Positions 1 to 17,499 of a DNA stretch of 64,000 nt are shown here, in pieces. The first letter of the stretch is position 1, and each line of letters begins with the position of its first letter. The translations under genes were made by a program, and so were the position numbers. The notes beneath the pieces were generated by a model, which saw only the letters and a program-made list of their open reading frames with translations, did not search any database and was not told where the DNA came from. Origin of the DNA: the human T2T-CHM13v2.0 reference genome, Homo sapiens; NCBI RefSeq assembly GCF_009914755.1, contig NC_060930.1. One strand, 5' to 3'.

Positions 1-4349
<4,349 letters not shown>

Positions 4350-5422
4350 ACACCAGTCCTGTTGGATTAGGGTGCTACTCTAATGACCTTATTTAATCTT
4401 AATTACCTTCTTAAAGGCTCTACCTCCAAATGCAGTCACACTGGGGGTTCAGGCTTTAATATATGAATGGGGAGGGGGCACCACTCAGTTCATAGCACAT
4501 TTCTCTGCTTCCTACCCTAATTCATGTCCTTACCACATGCAAAATACATTCCCCTCATACCAACAGCCACAAAAGCCTTAACGAATTCAAGCATCAATTC
4601 CAAGTTCAAAGTCTCATCTAAATATTATCTAAGTCAGGTATGGGTGAGACTTTAGGTATGATTCATTCTGAGGCAAAATTACAGTTTCTATCTCTAAACT
4701 TTTTAACTAGACACATTATATGATTCCAAAATACGGTGACAGGACAGGTGTAGGATATATATTGTCATTTCAAAAGGAAGAAATCAGAAAAAAGAAAGGG
4801 ATGACCGGTCCCAAGAAAGTCCAAAATCTAGAAAGGCAAATTATTCTAGATCTTAAAGCTCAATAATATTCCTCTTTGTCTTGATGCTCTTCCTGCAGGC
4901 CCAGTCCAGTGGCAACATCCCTCCCACAGCCCAAGACTGCAGCCTTGCCCCCTCAGTTCTGGGCAGAGGTCTTGCTCTTGGGGCACTGGGCAGATATGGC
5001 TTGGCCTGCTAAAACCAAGTAGGAGGTCCCACCCTATGAAACTGAGACTTGCCCTCCAGGAGTGTAGTGAGAGTGGTAGCTCTGATAACCACTGGGGATT
5101 CCGTTTTCTTGAACGATAAAGCATGTTGGAGCCCAATAGCTCTATTGTCCAGTCCTGTGGAATCTCAGAAGCCTGAAAGCCTTTTTTTATTTCATCTTTT
5201 TATCTTCCCTTCAGTCCAAACTGGCAGTGTCTCAGCTAATGTAATTCCACCTCTATTGCTGGTGCTGCTTAGATGGCTGATTAACTCCATGGATAATCTC
5301 CCTATGGACTGATTGTCCAGCCATCTTTGATGTTCTCTCTGGAAAACATTTTCTCATTTTTTTGCAATATGAATAGAATGATAGATTTTCCAAATCTTCA
5401 AGTTCTGGTTCCACTTTAACAG

Positions 5423-5596
5423 TTTTTTTTTTCATTTTCTTCCTTTCTTTCTTTCTCTTTCTTTCTTTCTCTTTTCTTTCTCCTTCCTTCCTTCCTCTCT
5501 TTCTTTCTCTCTCTTTCCTTCCTTCCTTCCTCTCTCTCTTTCTTTCTCTCTCTCTTTCCTTCCTTCCTTCTTTCTATCTCTCTTTTTCTTTCTTCT
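5423..5596. repeat. Polypyrimidine (TTTC/TTCC/TC)n tract derived from the tail of the adjacent Alu
   Basis: About 170 bp almost free of purines, directly abutting a minus-strand Alu 3' end. Confidence 0.9.
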
Positions 5597-5880
5597 AAAT
5601 TGAGACAGCATCTTGGTTTGTCACCCAAGCTGGAGTACAGTGGCTCAGCTCACTGCAATCTCGATCTTCTGGGCTCAAGTGATCCTTCTGCCTCAGCCTC
5701 CCAAGTAGCTGGGACCACAAGTGCATGCTACCAACAGGCCTGACTATTTTTTTTCTATTTTTCTGTAGATACAGGGCCTTGCTATGCTGCCCAGGCTGGT
5801 CTCAAACTCCCGAGTTCAAGCGATCTTGCCTTGGCCTCCCAAAGTCCTGAGAGTACAAGAGTGAGCCACCACACCCAGCC
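5597..5880 (-). mobile_element. AluJ
   Basis: Diverged dimeric Alu with ctgggctcaagtgatcc and cttgctatgctgcccagg (J-type). Confidence 0.9.
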
Positions 5881-6669
5881 AAGAAATTTTTCAGTTTCTC
5901 TCTCTCCTTTTGCATTTTACTCTAAGAACTAAAGAGAAATAAGGCCAGATTATCAACACGTCTAGAAAACATGTTCTCTCTTCTCCAAAATAATAAAAAA
6001 CAAATAGTTCATCCAAATTCTTTGCCACTTTATGAAAAGAATGTCTTTCCTTCAGCTTCTAATAACATGTTTTTCACTTCCACCTGAGACCTCACTAGAA
6101 TCACCCTTAGCATTTATATTTCTGCGAAGAGTCCCTTCAAAGCACCATAGGCTTTTTCTAGCATGCACCTCAAAACTCTTTCAGCCTGCACTCAGCACCT
6201 AGTTCCAAAGTCACTCCACATTTTTAGACATTTATTACAGTAGCACGACACTTTGTGGTGCCAACATTCATGGGTTTCTGGGAATACCGTAACAAAATAC
6301 CATAGACCAGGTGGTTTAAACAGCAGAAGTTTGTTTTCTCACAATTATGAAGTCCAAGTTCAAGATGCTTGGTCAGAGTGGGTTTCTGTTGAAGCCTCTT
6401 TTCCTGACTTGTATACAGCCACCTTCTTGCTATGTCCTCATATGGCCTTTCCTCTGAGTGTGTACAAAAGACAGAGAGAGAGAGATATTTCTAGTGTCTC
6501 TTCCTCTTCTTATGAGAACAAGAGTCCTATTGGATTGCAGCCCCACCCTTATGACCTCATGTAACCTTTATTACCTCCCTGAAGGCTGATTCTGCACGTA
6601 CAATCACTTTGGGGATTAAGGCTCTAATGCATACACACTTTAGTCCATAACAGCCACTGTATCCTGGAA

Positions 6670-7190
6670 CACTAATTAGGGTTCGTTAATTGCAAGCAAT
6701 AGATACTGATTGCAACTCATTTCACCCAAAAGTAGTGTGCTGATAGGATGTGAGGGTCAAGGCTGCCTTTGCCCGAGGCTCGTACCCTCTGCAGTTGGGC
6801 AGTGCATAACCCATATGATCATAATCCACAGGCTTACTCCAGAGCCTCACAGAACTGAAGAAAATGATAAAAACCATACTTTGGAAGTTCAAAACTCAGA
6901 GATGCTTTAGAGACTTAAAAGCAGGAACTAACGGAAAGTCTCTTCGGGTTGTGGCCTTCATGGTGAATCAACTCCAATCATTTTCAGTCTTTGTTTCTGC
7001 AATCTAGATAAAAGTTTTGGAAAGAAAGAGTGTGATTGCTCTTGGGTCACACACAAATCTCTTCGTAAAGAGAGGTCAGGAAGCCTGATGGATAGACCTA
7101 CTGAGTCTTTCATCAATGGGTCTGGGGTGGTGCCCAAAGCTAAATCAAGTTGCTCTTAACAGAAACAGAAAGACTGAACTCTGGACAGCC
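6670..7190. mobile_element. Old MLT1-type LTR fragments
   Basis: attagggttc...ttgcaagcaataga and gtgtgattgctcttgggtcac resemble MLT1J/K/L termini. Confidence 0.4.
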
Positions 7191-7229
7191 AAAATTATAA
7201 AAGCTAAAAATTCTAGTAGAGAAGAAAAT

Positions 7230-7445
7230 GAGCCCAGCAGCCCACATATGGGAATTGGAATCCCAGTTCTGCCATGTGTTCACCAGCTCTGTGATGTAGC
7301 ATAACTTCTTCAACTGATTTGTACCCCAAATTATTTATCTGTAAATGAATGAAAATTCTCAAATTGATTCATAAAAATGTTTAATTTATAAAATCACCTA
7401 AAGCAATACCTGACAATCTGCAATATTCAAAAAATATTAGCTAAT
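7230..7445 (+). mobile_element. MIR
   Basis: gaatcccagttctgcca...agctctgtga...atctgtaaatg core. Confidence 0.6.
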
Positions 7446-7585
7446 ATTATTTTACTTGAGACTGAACATCCTCATTCATAATCTAACATATATTCTGCTT
7501 TTGAAAAAAGTTTCCCTTGAGATGATTTTATCACATGATTAGTATTAAACATAAGACATTCAACACAATTAAGATTTACATGACC

Positions 7586-7660
7586 CTCTCTCTCTCTCCC
7601 TCTCTCTCTCTCTCACACACACACACTCACATATACAAACACACACACACACACACACAC
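7586..7660. repeat. (TC)n(CA)n compound microsatellite
   Basis: Seen directly. Confidence 0.97.
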
Positions 7661-8419
7661 CTACAGTGGTAGGCCTCATAAATTTTTCCCTAAGAATGTT
7701 CCCGAAAAATGTTTTAAAAATTGCCTGTGATAAAATTCTAATTGTGAAAATTCAAACTTGCTCAAAGGCCAGAGATCAAAGCAAATAATGAAATGTGTTT
7801 AACAGGCTAGGAAGGACAGTTGTTGAATGAGTGTGGGTCTCAGTAACTGTTGTATGAAATTATTTTTATTCAATGTCAGGCAGAGGAAATAAACACCAAG
7901 TTAATGAAATTTTTACATGATACAAAATAAGGAGACACTGCAAGTGTTGGAAAAGCCTAAGAACCAAAAACAATGATGCCATAACAGGAAAAATTAAAAG
8001 GGAAGAAAATAAAATTTAGATAAACAATAATAGAATAGCTGAAGAAACAAAATTAAATCGAGAAGAAGACACCTAAGTTATAGCACTTGTTGCAGTGCAC
8101 TTCATAAAATTGTTTACATAATCATCTCCATTGCTCAGCTGAAAGCATGATGAGACATTAAGTCATTTAATTAAAAAAAAACTATTGAGTAAGGACTATG
8201 CACCAGGTGCAGTGTTAGTCAGTAGGAACACCAATGAACAAGTTCAAGTCCTAGCTAGTGAATGCACATTCAATTTAATTCATTTCTATACCACCAGCAT
8301 CCAACATAGAAACCTACCACATGAAGAAAGAAAGGAATACACAGCCATTTTTCCAGTGATAGATGGATAAGTCCAGGAATGCTCATAGTCAAATGTATCT
8401 AAAAGGATATTTAGGAATA

Positions 8420-8620
8420 GCACATATTTATTGAGACTAAATATGTGCCAGACATTGTTTTCATGGCTTGGCTTGCATTCTCCTTCAATCTTCACCCAGA
8501 TGATGACACATTGTGCTCATGTTATAGTTGAGGAAACTGACAGTGGAAATTAAATGACTCTTCCAACCACATGTAAGCTAGTAAGCAGTGGAGCTGAGAT
8601 TCAAACCAGGTCTATCTGAT
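8420..8620 (-). mobile_element. MIR
   Basis: gaggaaactga...ctagtaagcagtggagctgagattcaaaccaggtct. Confidence 0.7.
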
Positions 8621-8631
8621 TGAGTACTTTT

Positions 8632-8929
<298 letters not shown>

Positions 8930-10229
8930 TGATTGAGTACTTTTAAATTCTTATAGATGTTTTTAATTTTTAGGAGATAGGACACATCTAAGAGCAACCT
9001 CAGTGAATAGCATCCCCTTTTAGTGAACATGCAGGTGACTATGATGCAGGCACAATTGGAAAACTGTAAACAAACAAACAAAAACAAAACTTCAACCAGC
9101 AGTCGGCATTAGTGATTATTTCATTTAATTCATTGTTAACTCTTCTTAACATTTAACTTAAATTATATTGAACATGATCACTGCTTCTTTATCCTGAACT
9201 AAACTCACCTTTGTGAAGTCTTTGTAAAATATTTATAGCCAATATTTCAATTGATCCTTATAACAAGTATATGAAATAGGTTGTGGATAAGGATTTTAAG
9301 AAGCCTTTTTTTACCTTCTATACAAATTTGCAAGATGAGATTTTAGAAAGTCAATTGACTTGTCCAAGGGCATATAAAGAGGTCAACGAGATTTTTGTAA
9401 TCATCATCTCCACCCCAGCTTCCCTAGTGCATTTTCCTAATTTAGTTTGCACAGAAAATTCATTCATCTTAGAGAGGTTTGTTGTACATTTCTGTTACTT
9501 GTGGTGAAATGAAAAGAGCTGTTAATATTTCAAAGATGTGAGACTTATCCTAAAGTGAGTGTATATAAGACTGAATGCTAACTTCTAAAATTCTCCATAA
9601 ATGCTGAAGAGAACAAACAAGAATAGACCTCAGGAAAATAGTCTGAAGTCAAAGAGCAGAATTGCTCCAGAAATCAGTATCACCAAAGGAGACAAATGGC
9701 TGAAAACTGAAGACAAATTAGAATTGCACACAATGTAATACGGTACCCAGACAGGCAGTGATTTTCAAGGCTGCATATGAAGAGACATTAGATCCTAGGA
9801 TGGGAAAGTAATAGCCTTTTCCTACAAAACTCTGGGGAGACTGCATCAGATAACAGTGTCTGAGGTAATACAGCCTCATCAAGAGTGCGAGAGACAGGCA
9901 ACAGAAATGACTAGGGAGGGGAAACATCAATTTCCAAGTTAGGCCTAAGGAGCTAAATGTGTATAGATTGGTGATGTAATGACAATGAGGCCCATGAGTC
10001 TGAACAGTAATACCATTTTTCCACAGAAAGAAAGATGTTATTTAGTCTAATTTATGTGAGTTTATAAAAAGAAACTGACCACCGAGACTTAGGACAAAAG
10101 GAAACAAAGAGGTTATTTCCATGTTTCTAAGAATGATATTGAAAATACATAAAAATAAAATTGTTCCTTAATTTATTTTTTAAATTTAATTTGACAGATA
10201 ACATTGTCAGATGTTAAAAATAAAATTGT

Positions 10230-11148
<919 letters not shown>

Positions 11149-11164
11149 ATGGCAAACATTTTTG

Positions 11165-11290
11165 CTCATTTATTTATTCACTCAGTAAACTTTCATTGGA
11201 TAACTGCTATATGTGAGGCACTGTATTAGGGCTTGGCGTAGAAAAATAAGTGAGATTTTATATCTGCCCTTGAGGAATTTATTTCTAATT
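11165..11290 (-). mobile_element. L2 3' end
   Basis: tcatttatttattcactca...tatgtgaggcactgtattaggg...tgcccttgagga. Confidence 0.6.
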
Positions 11291-12059
11291 TAAAATGCCA
11301 TTTTTAAAAAAGCAATATGTGACTCAAAATGTACTTATCTGTATGGTGATGAAAATAGGCACATACAAGAGAGGTGAGTTTATCATTTTTTCAAGAGTGG
11401 AGTAAGAAATAAAAAATAATACTGTTTTAGAAAACTTCATACTTTCTCTCACTTGGTTTATAACATAAAGTTCCCATATTGTTATACACTCTTCAAAAAC
11501 ATTTTAATGGCAACAGAATGTCATGGAGTGAAAGTGTTCATAACCTACTGGCAGTGGGGTTGGGGACTGGACATAGTACCACGCTACACTACATGGTGAC
11601 GGTAAAACAGGCCACTCTGTGTATGGGCATCCTAGGATGTAAGCCCCACCATGAGGAATGTCACACTTTTCCAGGGGCTGTGAAGAAGATTCGAGGCCAG
11701 ATTGTCTCCCATTGGTAGACAGGCAAGATTGCCTCTATATCATGTTTAAGGGTTCAGGATAGTTTTTACAGCCAAACTTTGGAGCAGTCACACATCTGTC
11801 GTAAAACGAAAGCAGGTGTTCATTGAGATGGGCATAGCAGGTGCTGCCTCCTGCTGGAGCCTTGCCACAAAGGTCAACCGGGTACCCATTGTTCTTGTTC
11901 AACTTTTCACTAGCATTAGTGCCATCATCTCACCATTTCCTTTAGTACCTAGGGTGGTGATGTGTTCACTGCTCACAAATCCTGTGGGTTGCCATGACCG
12001 TTTCCACACACACTCTAAAAGGCGTGCAGGGCTAATAAGTTAATTCCACAAAGAATATC

Positions 12060-12310
12060 AAGTATTTATTTAATAGTAACAGTGAGTAACCCATATGTAA
12101 AGCCCTATTTCCCATCCATGAATTCATTTTATCTTCAGAATACTTTCAGAGGAAAATATAATTATCCTCCATTTTATAGATGAGAAAACCAAGCAGATTA
12201 TTTGATGGCTTAGGTACCCTATCCGAGGTCACTGAGCAGGGCTGTGAAGGAGTCAGTATTGGCATCTAAGCCATCTGGTTATGGAGACTGGCTGCTTAAT
12301 CACTATGTTG
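12060..12310 (-). mobile_element. MIR
   Basis: attatcctccattttatagatgagaaaacc...ccgaggtcac. Confidence 0.65.
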
Positions 12311-12677
12311 CCTGCACTTCAGGACTACGATTATGCCTGCCTACTTACTAGTGAGTGCCATGAGACAACATCCCTGCTAGCGGAGTGTACACACTATTGG
12401 AGCCAAAGGTGCTCCAGTAAAAGTTCATTAAACCAACAACCCTCTTTACTAGAGCCCTATGTTCTTATTAAGAAAGGGAATAAGGAATTCCAGTTCTAAT
12501 CAGGACACTTGGCCTCCAAGTGGGAATAATCTTTGACCCTCATCTGTTTTCATTAATGTTCTGCCTGTTGGGTCAGCTAAATGCCAGCTCTCCCAAGCAT
12601 CTGAAGTGGATACATTACAAAGTGAGTACAATTTAGAAGATATGAGGTAGATACAAGAAAAGTCCTTGATGAGGAAT

Positions 12678-13040
12678 TGTCTTAGTCTGTTTAGGGTGCT
12701 ATAACAAAAACACCAGAAAGTTGGTAGCTTATAAACAAATATTTATTTTTCAGTTACGGAAGCTGGGAAGTCCAGGCCCCGGCACAGCAGATCTGGTGTC
12801 TGGCGAGGGCCCTTGTATTAGGTGCCTCTCACTATGTCCTCACATGGTGGAAAGGCGAGATAGCTCTTTTGGGTCTCTTTTATAAAGGCACTAATCCCAT
12901 TCATGAGGGATCTGACTTAATGACTAATCACTACCCAAATGCCCTGACTTCTAATACACATTGAGGATCCTATCACACTGAGGATTAGGTTTTGATGTAT
13001 AAATTGGGGGTGGAGACGCACTAACATTCAGACCATACCA
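12678..13040 (-). mobile_element. MaLR solo LTR (MSTC/MSTD-like)
   Basis: TG...CA termini with 5 bp TSD ggaat (12673-12677 and 13041-13045); gcagatctggtgtctggcgagggcc. Confidence 0.88.
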
Positions 13041-13299
13041 GGAATCAAAAGAGGAATCACAGAAGCAAAAAGCAAATTCTGACAGCAGTACCAACAGATT
13101 GAGATAATAAAAAAATAAATAAACTGAGATACAGGCTGGGAATTAAATTGGACTTTAATCAAGGAAGGTATTCAGGAGCTGTTGCAAAAATTTCTAGTTA
13201 TGATTCAAGGAGGCACCGTTTAAAACCCAAAAGCTTATTCTTGCCCCCCGTTCTTATCAACATGACAGTAAAACATTCCTTTGTGCTTGCTCTCCCACA

Positions 13300-13530
13300 G
13301 ACAGTGCTCTTAGTGCCATAATACATTGAACATGAATATTTATATGTATTAATTTCACCAACAACCCTGTATGGTTAAGTATAGTGTCACCTTCATTTTA
13401 AAATGAGAAAACTGATACCCAAAGTAATAAAATGATGTTGCCAAGATCACTCAGCTGGTATGTGACAGAGACAGAATTTAAAGCTAAGTGGTTTTGTTCC
13501 AGAGTATATGTCATTAACTATTATATTACA
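13300..13530 (-). mobile_element. MIR
   Basis: cattttaaaatgagaaaactga...ttgccaagatcactcagctggta. Confidence 0.65.
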
Positions 13531-14228
13531 CTTCTTCTCAAGGGATAGATAGAATTTATCCATTGTGTTTGCCCAGAGTCATTTCACTGGTGCACATTGG
13601 TGTCTGGTACATATGATAAGAGAAAAATGGTTCATATACTTACTACAGCAAAATTAGTATGGAATATTCCAACATACTTTACCAAAAACACAGCTTTACA
13701 GGGTAATTTTATGTTCTCTCTATGCCTGCAGCTTTAAAAAAGAAAATCCCAACCAATGGCCTGTATTAGCAATATCTGAGGTCACCTTTCAACATACTAA
13801 ATAGCACTACAAGGCATGTGGGGACAGATCTTGTTTTATAAATGAGATTCCTCTTAAAAATCTCATCTAAGCACATTATCGCCAAGTAATGGTAGCTATG
13901 CCAAAAATTGAAAGACTTATTCTTGGTTCTATTTGTAATTATTGGCAATCAACTCCACTAAATTTTACCATATTTACCAAAATGATGCAAATTTACTCCC
14001 TCTTTTATTACTTTCAGTTTTTCTGGGGACTCTAAATATTTTCTCCATACAAAGCTTTCAGATCCAACCTTACATCCTTAACAAGTGGCTACTCTATCCA
14101 GTCAATGCAACATTTGAATGGCAACCAATATTGATTCCATGAAATTGGTATAAGCCAGTAGAGTCATCAAGGGAGAAATCATCTTATGTCAAGAGCACCC
14201 CAAGGCCTGCCTCTAAGTCTTTAATCAG

Positions 14229-14652
14229 TGCTATAGATTGGATGTTTGACCCTCCAAACTTCATGCCAAAATTTGATCCACAGTGCTTGAGGCGGGGCCT
14301 AACTGGAGGTGTTTGGTCATGGGGTCAGATACCCCATAAATATTAGATTAATGCCATCCCTCAAGAGTGAGTGAGTTGTCCTATCAGTTTCCTTGGAAAC
14401 TAAAGTTATAAAGAGCTCAGTATCTCCCTCCCCTCTCTCCTACTTCCTTTATCACCATGTGGTCTCTGCACACCCTTCCTTTCCGCAATGAGTGGAAGCA
14501 GCCCGAGGCCCTCATCAGAAGCAGGTGCTGGCACCATGCTTTTTGTGCAGCCTGCAGAACCATGAGCCAAATAAACCTCTTTTCTTTATAAATTACCCAG
14601 CCTCAGGTATTCCTTTACAGAAACAGAAAACAAAGACAATCAGACTAAGACA
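14229..14652 (+). mobile_element. MaLR solo LTR (MSTB-like)
   Basis: tgctatag...gactaagaca with 5 bp TSD atcag; aaataaacctcttttctttataaattacccag. Confidence 0.9.
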
Positions 14653-15115
14653 ATCAGCTAAACTTAGTGGTCTCAGGATCAAGAGGATCAAGGAGAGGTG
14701 CTATCTGTTATAACCCTACGTTTTAAACAACACACTCATAACACCAATATACTCTCAGTAGTTGCAAAATCATCTCAAATTCTCTTCATTTGTTTTCAAC
14801 ACATTCCTATCTTGGAGCCCAGACCCTAAGCTTGCCTCACTTAGAAATTTAAACATTCTTAGCTGAGAAAAATAAATCATTCCAAGTTACGGAAATTTTA
14901 AACACAATTTTGGGTGTAAATGTTGCTCATAACATAGAAGGCAAAGCCATTTAAAAATTATCTGAATAAAGTTAGGAAATTTTTGTTGCAGAATGTCATC
15001 AAACTTTTTCATAATAAGTGATTCCTCAGCCCAGTACCAGAAGATTTTAACATTCATTAAAATTTCAAGTGTGCAGAGTTGCATTCCAGAAAGGACTCCT
15101 TAAGTTTAAGAATGT

Positions 15116-15571
15116 GTGGTGGTGGCTAATTTTATGTGTCAACTTGATTGAGCTAAAGAATACCCAGATAGTTGGTGAAAACATTTCTCAGTGTGTCTGC
15201 AAGGGTGTTCCTGTAAGACATTAGAATTTGAGTCAGTAGATTGAGTAAAGAAGATCCATCCACTATCACTAATGTGGATGGACATCATCCAATCTGTGAG
15301 GAAGGGCAAATTCTCTCTCTCTCTCTTCTTGAGCTGGTGCATCCATCTTTTCCTGTGTAAGAGAGTATCAGGACTCCAGGTTCCGGAGCCTTTGGTTTCA
15401 GGGACTTACACCAGCAGTCCTTTTACCCACTGGGTTCTCAGGCCTTTAACCTCAGGCTAAATTACACCACCGACTTTCTTCGTTCTCCAGCTTGAAGACA
15501 GCATATTGTGGGACATCTTGGCCATCATAATTTTGTGAACAGATTTCTATAATAAATTTCCTCATACACAG

Positions 15572-15608
<37 letters not shown>

Positions 15609-15656
15609 CTATATATCCTATTGGTTATGTTTCTATGGATAACCCTGAATAATACA
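15116..15656 (+). mobile_element. MLT2 (ERVL) solo LTR containing a (CA)n(TA)n tract
   Basis: aattttatgtgtcaacttga start and gataaccctgaataataca end. Confidence 0.88.
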
Positions 15657-16191
15657 ATTATTTAGTACAATTTTCATAATTGTTACACAAAATATACTTC
15701 TCTGTCTTTAAATTCTGAGTCACTCCTTTGTCCACTTCACTAAGAGAAAAAATGACAAATTCCCTTCTATTTCCCAAGGTTAACTTGTACATCTGCCCTA
15801 AATACTATACTCTGCCACTTCCTCTGAGATACTTGACCCTAAATAATTTCTCTCTCTTTACTATTTCCTACCATGTTTTCCAATATATTAGATCGGTACT
15901 ACAAGAAAAAAAAATTAAAATCTTTCAATGATCGCTTCTTCATGCTAACAACCAGTTTCTCTCAAATTACTTAAATTTCTTAAATATATTTTATTAACCC
16001 TTCACTCTCCCAAGACTTGTTTTACCACTTCTCTGTAATCTGTTTCTCTCTGCACAAGTAAAATTGCTGCTTTAAAGTTTGATGATGACTTTTTAAACAT
16101 AAACACCAACAGATTTTTAAAATATATAAACTCCTGTTTCTCTCTCTGTAGCACTGTATGTTGGCCAGAGTGTAAGGTGTTTTGGCTATAT

Positions 16192-16984
16192 CAATAAATT
16201 ACTTTTTCTTCATTGAAACTCTAATCACTTCTTAGCTCAATAACTCTTTTGGTTTTATTTGTCCCATCCCAAACTCATCTATTCTAATGATTCTTACCTA
16301 AGACTGTATAACATACCCACTTGAGGATTTTTTTTTAATATAACTGTTCCTATGCCTCACCAAGGCCAGTTAAATCAGAATTACTTATGCCAAGATTGGA
16401 AATGATAAATAAATATGTATACTGAATGAATGGAAGAACTGTAGAATGAGAATTGTGGGAATATTATCAATAGAAAACAGAAATATTTGAAGGCAAAGTA
16501 GAATGTAAAATTGTTAGATAAGTTGTTCCCTGAAAGAATTACATGTTAAAATCACCCATGGAGTACCTTTATCCTGAGTCAATCACCCTTTATTGTTTTT
16601 ATTTGTCCCATCCCATCTATGAATTAGGAGAGATGAGTTTGGGATGGGACAAATAAAATCAATAAAGAGTTATTGAGCTAAGAAGTGATCAGAGTTTCAA
16701 TAAAGAAAGAAAATAATTTATTGTTCCTATGCCTCACCAAGACCAGTTAAATAAAAAATTTCTTATGACAAGATTTGAGTATGTTGTCATATAGGTATCT
16801 TGTCATAACTGTTGGGAATCAATTTTTTTAAATTACTTCAACAGCTGCCCCCTGAGCAATTTTAATGTGGGGAACCACTTATCCAACAATTTCACATTCT
16901 GCTTTGCCTTCAAATCTTTCTATTTTCTATTGATAATATTCATACAATTATCATTCTACATTCCCTCCATTCATGCAACATACA

Positions 16985-17017
<33 letters not shown>

Positions 17018-17027
17018 ATTTACCATT
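16192..17027. repeat. Complex local inverted and direct duplication around a MER5-like element
   Basis: 16192-16280 is inverted at 16631-16723; 16345-16404 is repeated directly at 16722-16783; 16401-16530 is inverted at 16870-17027. Confidence 0.9.
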
Positions 17028-17499
17028 TGGTACCTATTAATAGATGTATGTTATATGCTAGACACAAAGTGTCAAGATGAAATATGGCTCATAGCCCATT
17101 GGCTAATTGGGTAATAGAGGTTAGAATTATAGATGCTTAGGAGATAGAAAATGCAAAGTTACAAAAACTTAACTAAATGATACATTCACTTTTCTCTGAC
17201 AAAAGACAAATTTCACAGGAAAAACAATTTCATAGGTAGAATCATCCTCTGTGAGTCATTGAGTGTGAAGGATAAAGGAGAAAAATTAAAGATAAACAGA
17301 TTTTAGAGTGTGTGTGAATGACTAATAGATTTTAATGCCTTTAATCAATATATCATAGGAGAGGGAAATTAATTAATTCAGCCTGATGCACTCAGTAGTT
17401 CAGAAGCCAATAAAAAATCTAACTGGAGATATGCATTATGCCATTGTAAATGCAAATATGAATTTAAAAAATTATAGATTTGAGCCCCTTACTTCTGCC

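Larger units (their letters stand above)
4350..6652 (-). mobile_element. MaLR element, MLT1A-like (partial LTR 4350-4497, internal region, LTR ~6263-6652)
   Basis: Two related LTR ends (cagtcctgttggattagg...cagttcatagca and agtcctattggattgcag...tagtccataaca) bracket a MaLR-internal-like segment; the left LTR is cut by the L1. Confidence 0.75.

Noticed and set aside
5416-5628. Lys/Glu/Arg-rich 70 aa ORF
   Set aside because: Translation of the polypurine simple repeat
11479-12043. Two plus-strand ORFs (79 and 75 aa) as a coding gene or Gypsy integrase remnant (GRQARLP motif)
   Set aside because: No recognisable homology in any frame, and a 7-residue resemblance is not significant; kept only as a non-coding candidate
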